A model generated the notes under the pieces. The model made no database searches and had not been told where the DNA came from. It was given only the letters and a program-made list of their open reading frames with translations. A stretch of 64,000 nucleotides of DNA from Amphiscolops sp. MND2022 (Eukaryota): assembly GCA_964187785.1 (NCBI GenBank), contig OZ076410.1:51708001-51772000 (forward strand). Reading direction: 5' to 3'. Each line of letters begins with the position of its first letter. Positions within the stretch are counted from its first letter, which is position 1. Position numbers and translations under genes: made by a program. Positions 1-11,045 of this stretch are shown piece by piece.

Positions 1-1584
1 CAACTAGTTGACGAATTCATACAACACCACCATGGCAAATTCGGGAAACACCCAGGTATAGCCAAAACCATCCAGCAATGCCGCGAAAAGTACTACTTCC
101 CGGGGCTAGCCGCCCGAATAGCCACCCATATTGCACAATGCCCAGAATGCGCTCAAACGAAAAGGATACCAAATGCCAACATTACACCCCCGCTCATCGA
201 CATGTCCAAAATAGCAATGGGTCCAGAAGACGCACTACAAATGGACATCGTCCCTTTCGACGACCCTTCAGGAGGATACACTGCAGTCATGACAGCGATG
301 GATGTATTCTCCCGTTATCTATTCGCGTATAGCGTCGCCAGAATCGACACCAAGACTGTCACACGGGTCCTTACAGATATCATCACAAGACACTGCTATC
401 TCCCAACAACGATCATCACGGACAAAGGATCCCAGTTCATATCGGAGGCAATGCAACAAACAACAGCCATTCTCGGAATCCAACTAAAACATGCCACCAC
501 CAAACATGCCCAGACGGTAGGCATCCTAGAAAGGACACACGCCTCGCTCAAAGAAAGTCTAAAAATCATGACGGGAGAGAGGCGAACGATGTGGCACCAG
601 TTCTTACCAATGGCAGTATTAAATTACAACACTTCCTACCACACATCATTAGGCTGCGAACCCAGCCGAGTTTTCCATGGAAGAGTGCCATACAACGTAC
701 TCGACCTAAAGTACGGTCTTAAACCCCAGGCCACTGCCCCAACCAACCACGAAATAGCTGAGGGAGTGTTACAACAAACACAAGAAATCCTCAACCAGAG
801 CCAACAAGCCCTGATGCAAGCCTACGTCCGACATAAGCGTTATTATGACCGGAAAGCATCAGCACACCCCTTGGTAGTAAACGACTACTGCTATGCTTTG
901 CATCCAAAGGCGCATAGCCAAGCGACGAAATTGCCGTTTCGGGAATACCTTTGGACGGGACCATATACCGTGGTCAAAACCCTACCCAACAACAACTATT
1001 TGATACGCAAACTCCAAACCAATTTCACACAGATCCTGCACAGAATCAGGCTACGCCCATTCGCAAGCAGTCACAAGCTGCCTGACATTACAGTCCCACC
1101 CAAGGATTTCCAGCAGGATACAGAGGTAGCCATACAGCACGACGACCTCTTCGCAATGGCGTGGGAAGAACTTTACAAAGAATGCCCTAACCAACCCGAA
1201 AACAAACAATTACCTGAACCTGAAGTGATCCAACCAACCCCAGAAACAATCAATGAACCCACCCACCCCGGCCCCCCAAGCCCTAACCTAATATACGACC
1301 CCGAAATCATTCCTAACCACCCAAGTGACCAGACACAGGACCCACTAACCGATATCGATGATGAACCCGAAAATCATACACCCGCACCTCAATCCCCCCG
1401 GAAATCCCACTACAACTTTCGAAAAAACCCGACGTCAAATTGGAAACCAGATTATGCCTATTACAATGCCCTAACAGCCAATTCAACAAACTTGGCATAT
1501 TCTTCCGACGGACTGGACAACGGCCCAGAATTACAGGTTTTAGCGGACCTCGGCCCAGACGGCAGTCCGAGATCAGAAAATTAA
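1..1584 (+). CDS. pol: Gypsy Pol C-terminus (integrase), 5'-truncated by window edge
   Basis: Frame +1 is open from base 1. HHCC zinc finger (HGKFGKHPG...CPEC), DDE core (MDIVPF, TDKGSQF, ILERTHASLKE), GPY/F motif (WTGPYTVV), then a Pro/Asn-rich tail with no chromodomain. Confidence 0.95.
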   Translation, partial: QLVDEFIQHHHGKFGKHPGIAKTIQQCREKYYFPGLAARIATHIAQCPECAQTKRIPNANITPPLIDMSKIAMGPEDALQMDIVPFDDPSGGYTAVMTAMDVFSRYLFAYSVARIDTKTVTRVLTDIITRHCYLPTTIITDKGSQFISEAMQQTTAILGIQLKHATTKHAQTVGILERTHASLKESLKIMTGERRTMWHQFLPMAVLNYNTSYHTSLGCEPSRVFHGRVPYNVLDLKYGLKPQATAPTNHEIAEGVLQQTQEILNQSQQALMQAYVRHKRYYDRKASAHPLVVNDYCYALHPKAHSQATKLPFREYLWTGPYTVVKTLPNNNYLIRKLQTNFTQILHRIRLRPFASSHKLPDITVPPKDFQQDTEVAIQHDDLFAMAWEELYKECPNQPENKQLPEPEVIQPTPETINEPTHPGPPSPNLIYDPEIIPNHPSDQTQDPLTDIDDEPENHTPAPQSPRKSHYNFRKNPTSNWKPDYAYYNALTANSTNLAYSSDGLDNGPELQVLADLGPDGSPRSEN

Positions 1585-1917
1585 TCAGGCCCAGGCACTG
1601 GCCTGGACCACAATCCTATGACCTGACTTCAAATCTCTTCAAATCACAAGGGCTTTCACTCACTCTACTGTACTCTACAACTCGGATGAAAACAATACAG
1701 AGGCTAAATACTAAATTGAATAACCCAGTGGACCACCGAGCTGCCTCAAATTTTTTCTCCGCTCCATAAAATCAGAGCATGATTTTTTTCTTTTCTACCA
1801 AAGGAATCGACACGCGGAACCTAACTATATGAGAAGAACAATGACTAATTCCAACAAGAACAATAAAAACAAAATACAAAGAAACAGTTTCATCAAAGTC
1901 TCCAGTTACGATATCAT

Positions 1918-4900
1918 TCAACACGACTTTCCTTGCCGAACGTTCTTCTTACTCCTTTTCTTCTTCTCGGATGCTGGACTAGTAGTGCCCTGTTGAGATC
2001 CAGAAGCTACAACAAGAGACGCAGTATCAGCTACAGACGTACCTCCAGAGGCCTCTCCTCGAGAAGACGGGCCGGCTGTCATACGAGCTCTCCACTCATC
2101 AACTTGCCCAGCATAATAAGCAGTATAACGCCGAAAGATACTTCCGAAGACATCTTCATATGGATGACGACTGACTCCGCCCCAGGGATCGAAGGTACTG
2201 CAACCCAAGAACAGATGACCAACTAACAGATTACTCTTCAATTCTGCATTACACTCCACTGTCAAAAGCTCAGTTGATACAAACTTAGGCTGAATAACAA
2301 ATGACTGAACACCACTCAAACCAGTCTGGATCACAGACAGAGGCACACTACAACCACTAGTTGATATTTCAACGTGAGGAAGAGGACGAGGCGCAGGACA
2401 CACAATCACGCGCACGAGACGAACGACCTGCCTCACATGAGCCCGGCACTGGAAGATATCAAGAGACTCCAAAAAACTGAATACATCATCGATTTGGGAA
2501 CAATCCACAGAACGTCCACGCAACTCCACGACCAAAGACTTGAACTCGTTTGATGCGGCCTCACGCTCCACACCATCTAGACAACCAGACTCCTGCAAAC
2601 AGGCAACAAGATCCTGGAATAAGTCTGCGACGTAATCGGCGACCTCGCCCAGCAACATGTCCACACTTAAGGAACTCAACGACCGAGCAATCCGCGAATG
2701 GGCGTAAGGACTGGAACTGAGCTGCTTCAAAAGTTCAAGTAAACATCCCTGACACTCGCGCAAGAAAGAGCGACGAGGGGACTCATCCAACCCTCGGAGA
2801 GCTTTCAAAATAATGGGTTCCCTCTGCAGGCACTCAGCAACTGTCACATTGGCCCAATTATTCAACGGCTTTGACACATACTCGGACCACTTGTCGATTG
2901 AAGGCAATTGGCTGACTTTCTTGACCTTGCTCAACAGACTCCAATAGAAGAAACAGAAATCACTGAAGTTCCTGCAACCGTAGACCCGCACAGAAGACTC
3001 AAACTGTTTTTTACAATTAGAGCGGAAACACAGCAACACCACATGCAATAAAGCAAGACGAGGCAATCCCAAACGATCCGAGCACAACAACGAATCCAGA
3101 TCAACAACGTTAACGTTCTTCTTCATCAAGAGAGTATCATTTGACAGGCAAATCTTGATATCTGACCAATTATCCAGCAGCTCCTGGACCACATCACACC
3201 AAGAGGCAGCAGGTATGACACCAGACTCCAAGCACATACGGAATCGAGGCAAGTTCAATAACCAAGCTTGATGTCGGACTCGCTTTAGGCGCTGCACCAA
3301 GTATTCCACAGTCGCAAAGGGGTCCACTGACCCAACGCACATAAAACTAGCATCATGCATCAAACGACGCAGAACATCACAGTCGAAGACAATAGCAGCA
3401 ATTGGAACAGGTCGACCGACAGCTTGGCACCAATCCACGTAGGCATTGAACAGCACAGGAGGACAACCCTGGATGGAAACGGGGCCCTGACGAGTTGGCA
3501 CAAGCGATAATACCCGAGCCAAACACTGAATCTCCGTCTCACAGGAGACCCCGCCAAACTCCACATCAACCAGACAGATCTCACGTACAGAATCGTCGGG
3601 ACAGCAACGGACGACACACTTCACTCCTGAGAGCGAAGACTGCAGCGCCAAGCTAAAAGGACTGTCACCCAGCCACGATTTCACACGTCGAAGAACGCGA
3701 GGGAAAAGAGTTTGGACAATAACAACCAAAGTCTCCGTCTTACTCCAGCTCACGGAAGCATAGGGACTCTCCACCGGCAAGGTCGTCCGAAATTGGTTCC
3801 AGAGACGACGCAGGAACACTTGTGACCCTCCACTCCTCAGCAACTCGAAGAGGCATCCAACGAGAGTCGTCGGCGGTACATTGGAAGGGACGCCAACCAG
3901 TGCATCGACCTCGTCCTCCACAAACTTGTTCATTCTGCCGAGAGTGACAGGGGGCGTCAGTTCAATTTCAGCCCGTAATTCAGCAGACACCTCAGCAACG
4001 GGGATGGCATCTAAATTCTCGCTGTAAATAACATCCTCATGGTCCAGACGGTAGCGACGGTCTTTCAAATAATGCCCCTTGCATTTAAAATGCCTCCAGA
4101 TGCCCCGGGGACCCCGGGATAAGAAGGAGACATCTTTCCGACAAACGGCACAATTGAAACCATTGGGGCTTTTGTCAGTACGCCTGCTGACGAATAGACG
4201 CGGAATTGGATGATTGACCATAGCTTTAGTCAATACATGACGCTCAGTCTGTTTCTTCTTCCGCTCTTCATCACGGGCCAACAATCGCTCCTTCTTCGCC
4301 TCCACAGGATCCAGGACGCGCCCAGGGTCACTTGCGTCGATCCCTTTCTCTTTTAAGAGCCGTGACAATTCTTCAAATTCTGCAACATACAACACCAATG
4401 AATGACCCAATATACTATGACGAAATATCAACAACCCAAATAAAACAGACAAACAAAGTAGACAACAACACAAGACCAGACGGAAGACAATCAGAATACA
4501 CTACGAAATGAAACAACTTCAGAAAACAACTTACGCTTTGCCAGGGTCTTGGTCTCCTTCAGAGTCTCTGTCCGCTCAGCCCGAGCAGCACTACGAGCGA
4601 GCATCACACACTGGGCAGCAGACATCATCATTGGCGACCCAGGAGAAGCAGTCTTCAGACCCACTGAAAAGACACGAAGATAAAGTACAAGCCACCTGTA
4701 TATTATTTCCCCAGGTCAATACAACAAAACGATCACTAAAGAAAACGCAATCATCAACAAAATAACAGCCTCGTTCAACAATACCTTTTTCCCAGTCGTT
4801 GTATACGACCGAAGGCTCCAGTCCGATTGCATCACGGCCATGTTGCGTCCGAGACGTCTGGACACCCTCGTCAGCGAGCACAGATGCCGGATCACTCCCA

Positions 4901-5749
4901 ACAGCAGGGGTATCACGTGCCTCCTCACAAACGAAAACGTCACTGCCACTGGAGGTAACAACCCGAGGCACCACAGAAGCTTGCATCCCAGTAATAGGAG
5001 TTGGATCAGGGACTATAGAACAAAACGAAAAGTATGCACAAGAGAACAGAACACATGCGCTTAGCACCCTTCTCAAGCAACTTTAAACCAAGAAAGAAAG
5101 AAGACGGAATACCTACTTTCAAGAGTACGGGATGCAGAGACGGTTGGAGGAAAGTAGTCATCTCCAGAACTATCGACCAGAGCAGGTGGCCTGGGAATGG
5201 ACCCAGCCACTACATCTGCCAGCCGCACCCGCTTAGCAGAACGCACACTACTCGTCGACAGAAACCGACTAGTCCGTTGTTTTGAACTGCTCTGAGATTT
5301 CGTCTGACTAGGGGGGACATAATCTTCATCGCTCTCATCATCAGTAGCTACAAAAAGTAGATGAAAAAGAACGCGTTCAAAAGTAACCTAGAAAAGGCTG
5401 GCCACCTATCAATTCCTAGGAAAAGTGTACCTTTCTTCCTTGCCAGGTAGTCCAGATCATGACGCTCCTCACTACAAGTCGAGTGGTAGGATCCAGTCTC
5501 CACACAACTTCCACCGTCCGAAGGCCCAGGACCTTCATCTCCAGAACTGTCCTTCTCGCCAAAACCATGACCAGCAGAGATTCCACCGTCAGTTGCTTCT
5601 CCACCCTCCCTTTTGTCGCCATCCACAATCACTTCTCCACCCTCACGGACAACTGACTCAACCACAGACTCAACTTCAGCTCCACTCTCGACTAACTCCG
5701 CTTCACGACTGCGGTGCAACAATGCACTATCTTCTTCAGTCGAGCACAT
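1918..5749 (-). CDS. Antisense accessory gene of E1: predicted 5 exons (5749-5431, 5347-5117, 5012-4785, 4663-4535, 4379-1918), 1122 aa; BED-like zinc finger plus inactive hAT-transposase-like body
   Basis: Uninterrupted 851-codon ORF 1918-4473 whose first 31 codons are a pyrimidine tract ending TGTTGCAG. Four GT..AG introns, all phase 1, join open exons totalling 3369 nt (1123 codons). Finger motif FNCAVCRKDVSFLSRGPRGIWRHFKCKGH. Basic NLS-like motifs AKRVRL and KKKRSKK. The start codon is uncertain because another acceptor lies at 5760. Confidence 0.8.
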
Positions 5750-5973
5750 AATCAATTGTCTAAAAATAACAAACCATGGAAAAAAAATAAAAAGAAGATG
5801 TGGCGTAAAATCAATGGAAATATTATTACTAAAAGTTATCTACTATATAAGGAGAGTTGTTCAGTCTGCCAGCTGAACAATTCATGGAGTTGACACAAAC
5901 CGTGTGAACAAATTTTCCAAGCGAAGCAAATCAGTTGTACTAAAAATTGACTGACGCTTAGTTTACTACTACA

Positions 5974-6546
5974 ATGAATCGTCCAAATTCAAACAGCAAA
6001 ATGGACGAAGACGTCTTCATTCTCGAACGAGATCAACAGCAGCAGCCCGAACAAAGAGCCGGTACACCGCCACCAGATTATAACCTAATTACCACGCGGC
6101 AAATTAACATTACTTACGAAATCGTTAAAACACAGGACTACCACGTAGTCCTAGTACATGAAGAAACGCCGGCCGATACTACGAACACAGAAAACGAGAC
6201 GGGAGTCATCAGACGTTTCACGCAAGACAACCCGGTGATCCCCGAAGACACATTTGTGAGCCCGGTCAGGCAATTCGACCGTGAAATCTACGATGATCCC
6301 GACAACAACGTTGACAGCCCAATAAGTTTCTACAGTAGCTCAGAAGGCTACTATTCGGGCAGCGATTGGGAGACAGACTCATCTTGGCGATCCTACAATT
6401 CATCAACTGACGATCTCCCAACGCTTTCCAAATCAATTTCCCAATTTCTCCTTCCTGAGGGAACTGGGTACAGAAGCCGAGGACTGTCACAGCCCCGCCT
6501 GAGCTGCGAGCACTGCAACAAACACAACCCAGTCTTCGAAGAATAA
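5974..6546 (+). CDS. Small acidic sense ORF (ORF3) of E1, 190 aa, running into the 3' LTR
   Basis: ATG-initiated ORF, D/E/S-rich, ending GLSQPRLSCEHCNKH. The LSQPR codons span the inferred LTR start, as in E3. Confidence 0.55.
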   Translation: MNRPNSNSKMDEDVFILERDQQQQPEQRAGTPPPDYNLITTRQINITYEIVKTQDYHVVLVHEETPADTTNTENETGVIRRFTQDNPVIPEDTFVSPVRQFDREIYDDPDNNVDSPISFYSSSEGYYSGSDWETDSSWRSYNSSTDDLPTLSKSISQFLLPEGTGYRSRGLSQPRLSCEHCNKHNPVFEE

Positions 6547-8256
6547 ATTGGGAAAAGAACAAAAGAAGAGGAAATAGACAGCTGACAAACAACCAGAAAC
6601 AAAGGAGGTAAACAATATAAATTTGAAGTAATTAAATAAAGAAATATATGCATATTAGTATTATTGTACACTTATATAAATACGTACTTACGGAATAACG
6701 GAGCTATTCGTGCAGTTAATGATAATACAATACCTGGCAGGCAGCCTGAGAATTGCAACCTCAGCGGATTAATATGCAAGCGCGCGCTATAGTGAATACA
6801 TGTAAATGAACTAATGTCTAGTGCAGTGATTTATTAACAATACGAATGCAAATATACCAACAATTGAGATTACTGTGCTAACTTAATAGAACATCACGTA
6901 CCACGGCCTGGGATGCGGCCTGAGAATTAATTACGATAAATCAATCACGAAAGTGAAAGATGATGATGCTACCATGTAACTTTGTCTCAAAATGAATCTA
7001 GAGATTATTAGCTATGATCTTAAACTATATTGTCGTTTAAAATATTACATATAACGTTCTTTTACATGTAAATATTGATTAATCTATAAACAGGCCTGAA
7101 CCGCAGCCTGAACCAAAGATTTAGTACCGAATATTAAACCAAGTGTTAATAACATGTATATCCTGTTCCCTGAATCTGTTGTCGTTCAATTGCATTAAAT
7201 ACCTTTCCGAACAATATATCTGATGCTGTTTATAGTTAATAGTTGCTTTACCCACTGAACATGTTTGTCCGTCCCGGACTATGGCCTGGGACCAGGCTTT
7301 GTGTTATTAACCAAAATCAGAGCTACAAATACTGTAGAAGCAATTCTACTCTTTCATTTAAAGCCTAATGTGTAATTTGTGTTAAATTTCATTCAAATTG
7401 TTGCTGATTTATTTAATTTAGGGAATTATTTGTAAAGAAAAATTGGTTGTCATCATTTTTTCCAAATTTGTGCAGTTAATCAATCTTATTCAGTGACTCA
7501 TTGCGCGTGTCGTTGATAATTTGGAAATTTGGAAATTGGAGGCGAAGGGAAGCGAAGTCGCAACTCAGGCCGGAAGTGGACGCGTGCTTTTCTTCGGAAA
7601 GCATGAACAAGCTGAAAGCCTGAGTTCGACAAAGCGGAACTGAACTTCCTGTTTCCCTGCCTCGGACGGACGCCGGACTGAACAAAATGTGAAGTATGTT
7701 CGTGTCTTTTCCCCGATTTCCGGGATGGAAAGTATAAATACAATGCGAGCTAGAAGCCATTTTTAGTTGAATTTTGTTATTTTGCGAAACAACTCTCTTT
7801 CGTTTAACGATAATTAAAAATCTTGAAACGTCACACTTTGTCACTTGAGAACTTGCTCTAATTTCCTTAAAAAGAAAATCGAGAATTATCAAGCCTAAGT
7901 AAGATGCCAGAACGTAGCTCCAAAAGAAAAGCCAGAAGGGATTCCCCTGTGAACTCTTTAGACGAACCTGAATCTTCTAGCATGAGAACTGAAAACGCTG
8001 CTAATTTGTCTGATAAGGATTTTACGGAATTATCTGAAAAGATAGGAAAATCTGTAAGTAAAAGAATCAAAGACGCGGAAGTCGGACAGCGCGAGATTCT
8101 GAAGATGATAGAGAACCTGACTTCTAAAATCGATACGCTGACAGAAAGACCGTCTAACAACGTGCGTCATGGTCCCGACGACGAGGATGCAGAAAACGCG
8201 GAATATAGATATAGACTAGTTGAACCAAGTGATTTACTCCCGAATCACGGTCAACA
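6485..8256 (+). repeat. 3' LTR of E1 (~1.8 kb)
   Basis: Starts TGTCACAGCC, matching the LTR starts TGTCGCAGCC/TGTCTCAGCC (E3) and TGTCGCAGGC (E2). AT-rich U3, TATAAAT at ~7734 and a gag-like ORF start, as in the other LTRs. No partner LTR in the window, so the ends are inferred. Confidence 0.62.
6732..7297. promoter_or_regulatory. Array of paired GCCTG motifs in the E1 LTR U3
   Basis: Motif pairs 12 bp apart at 6732/6744 (first one ACCTG), 6906/6918 and 7094/7106, then the palindrome GCCTGGGACCAGGC at 7284-7297. Cluster spacing is 174, 188 and 190 bp. Function is inferred. Confidence 0.45.
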
Positions 8257-8272
8257 CACTCCTCCAGTGTGA
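7904..8272 (+). CDS. gag: Gag N-terminal fragment encoded inside the E1 3' LTR (truncated at LTR end)
   Basis: MPERSSKRKARRDSP resembles the E3 gag start MAKKRNRRSTRRQSP and is followed by a coiled-coil-like segment. Same position as the gag starts in the E2 and E3 LTRs. Confidence 0.6.
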   Translation: MPERSSKRKARRDSPVNSLDEPESSSMRTENAANLSDKDFTELSEKIGKSVSKRIKDAEVGQREILKMIENLTSKIDTLTERPSNNVRHGPDDEDAENAEYRYRLVEPSDLLPNHGQHTPPV

Positions 8273-11045
8273 TAGTATATACAACTTTGAACCAATAAAA
8301 CATTTTTAGCCTTTCAGCACGTAATTGTCAAAATGAGGATTTTTTTTTAACAAAAAAACAAGGAAAACCTTTCGGTAAAAAGGTAAAACAACACGTGCTG
8401 GAAATTGGGAGGCTTGAACAGTTTAGCGGACTTGATGATACGGGACCAATCTGCCAAGAAACTAACATTTTCTCTAAAAGTTCCTGGTTTGAGAATCGCT
8501 CAAAATAGTACCCTCCGACATTACCAAGTCTGTTATTGCAAGTAGTGACCGGGGATCTCACATGTAAGATTTTTAGTTTTCCAGTAGCTTTAACTATTTG
8601 TTGAGATTAGCTCCACTACAACTCAATTAAACCCGTAGGTAATCAAACCTTTGCTTGAGGCAAGAACTGGCTGAGTATCTACATAAATTTTTATTTACTC
8701 CGAAGAAGAGACAAATCAACTTAATCGGAGACAGTGGGGGTAAGTGTGACAAGGAAATCACGATCTTTGCAACTCTGCAATCTTGCCTTCATTCGAGGGG
8801 TTTGTCTCGCAACTCTTTAGCTGTTTTAGGGTTTTAGGGTGTCTTTTCACAGGTGTTTCACATCCACGAATAATATGATAACATCGATAATAGCGGAGAA
8901 TAGTACGAATTGTAGTTAGAAGGCATATAACACAAGAAAACAATCAACAAGGGAATCAGCATGGTTTGGTTGTGTATCCGTGAGGAAGGTGCGTGATATC
9001 GGAGATATCGAATAAAGTCACTTGCCGCAAAATCTTTATCGGTCTTGGAGTGAAAGCAATCAGTGAATTCGAGGGCCACTGAACCCGTAATACATGTATA
9101 GACGATAGGCCAACTGTCCACCCTGCTGCTGGGTCAAAATTCGTACAAAGGGATGGCGGATCGGCGATCTGACCGGCAACTTCTAGAAGAAGGCACGGGC
9201 GTCACGGCCAATCAAAGTAAATCTGCAATCTTGATAATGCGGTGCCTGTTGCGGAACGTATCGGCGACGGAAAGTAACCACAGATTCTCCATATTCCAAC
9301 TCGCGCTTATACTAGTCAATAGAAAAAACAAAAACTGAATACAAGATGTCCAGGTTGTGTGTGCGCAATCGAATTGAAGAAAACATTTGACACCAAAAAC
9401 TTCTTCTGAAGCGGTATTCGCCGTAGTGCCATTATTAAAAAATTTTCGAAAGAAAAAAATATTCTATTCTATTCCATTTGCAATTTGCATCTATGGGAAG
9501 ACTTGGCTCCGAGGTATAATCAGATATGAATATCGCATTTGAACAGTTCCAGCAAAATAATGTAATTTTTGTGGGTGTATGTTTGCATTTCATCAAGGGT
9601 ATCTTCACATGAAGAGAAACGTTGATTTTTCACAGAATCTAAACAAACTTTTTGGAGCTTCAATTTTGCACGACCAAGAACGTAAAAAACCAGAATGTCA
9701 TTGGCTAGTTAGTCAATATTGTTTTTTTGTAGCCTAAATTTTTGAAAATCTCAAACGGAAATCATACTTCAAGGAAGCATTACGAACGAAAACTATAGGA
9801 AGCTCCTATACGTGTTTTATCGCCAGAACATTTTGCAATCTCTCTCTTGTCAACATATAAGTTGAGAAAGGTTAAAACATGTCTATGCAATTTTCTCAGC
9901 ACATACTTGATGAAAACACAAACACGTATCTGAAACTGATCACAGAAGAACCTAAATTCGTTCAGTGGTATACCAAGTCCCTCGATTAACGAACATGTGT
10001 TTCCATTGATATGGACCTTGAACATTATAATGTTGTTCGATTTTGTTAAAACTTACTCTTTCATACCTTAGTTGGGTTTTAATTGTTTCTTTTTGGAGAA
10101 CCATAGGTAGAAAACGTACTTGAATTTGGGGTACAATTTCTTATGGCTTGATTTTTGATACTTTAATTTTGATAATTTTATTGGAGCCAACCCGTTCTTC
10201 TTCGAGATTTTGTAACACCATGCAATTTGAAAGGCTTCTGGAAATCTATCCAAGATTGTAGTATTTTGAGATTTTGGCATTTTTATAAAAAGTCCATTAT
10301 GTTTGCTCGAAGCCACATACCGAACTTTTTTTATAACGTTTCTAGTTTCGCCGGTTTAGCAAAAGCAACTGAAAAGCCTGACAATAGATTGATGGGATTT
10401 GGATTATTCGACCTTATTATTATTCTATTGTGTACTTGATGGAAGACACTTTTGGCTCTTCTGAAGAATGCAGATTTACGTCAGCTATGTAATTGTTCAA
10501 ATTGGTCAAATTTAAGTTGAGTTGGTCTCGTAGAGCGAAATTTATTTGGGGCCTCGACACTGGGAAATCAAATTTTGCGTAATTTAAACCCCAACCAAAC
10601 GTTTTTTTTGCTAGGAGTGATAACCGCAGTGACTTTATGGTTGGCACACTTGTACATGCGGACATGGAGTACATGTTTATAAGGTTGGAACCGCTTCGTA
10701 ACCCCGGCCTCAAGATACAAGCACCGGAAATGCAGTAGATCAACCGTCAACGCTCCGGAATAAGGTATAATATACATGGAATCGATTGCCCATCGGATAT
10801 TAGGCCAACTGCGTACAATCGCGGACCCCTAGGATGTGCGTATAGAATGCGCGAACCCAATAAAATATACCCTGAAGGTAAAAATATACTCTTCACCACC
10901 GACAAATGAAAACGACAATTGACGAACTTGAATTATCAGAAACGGATGGCAATAACAAAAGTAATCGATTTCCAACAAATCGAATGTGCAACTATTTTAG
11001 AACCTATGTGATGAAGTTCTCGACGCACCGCAATGATAGATGCTG

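Larger units (their letters stand above)
1..8256 (+). mobile_element. Ty3/Gypsy LTR retrotransposon E1, 3' part (integrase, antisense gene, ORF3, 3' LTR); 5' part lies outside the window
   Basis: Intact integrase, followed by a long antisense ORF, a small sense ORF and a ~1.8-kb region starting TGTCACAG (6485) that holds a gag-like N-terminus. Same order as E2 and E3. The right end (~8256, ...GGTCAACA) is approximate. Confidence 0.82.

Noticed and set aside
1862-1867. AATAAA between integrase and the antisense gene as an internal poly(A) site
   Set aside because: Common by chance in A-rich DNA and cannot be supported without 3'-end data.
4380-4473. Hydrophobic Cys/Leu-rich N-terminus of the 851-aa ORF as a signal peptide (env-like protein)
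   Set aside because: It starts at a non-ATG codon, is a U-rich tract ending in a canonical acceptor, and is better explained as intron. The rest of the protein has a finger and NLS-like motifs and no TM anchor.
8300-10900. Short ORFs and AT-rich segments as a DNA transposon remnant
   Set aside because: No TIR, TSD or transposase motif could be identified by eye.
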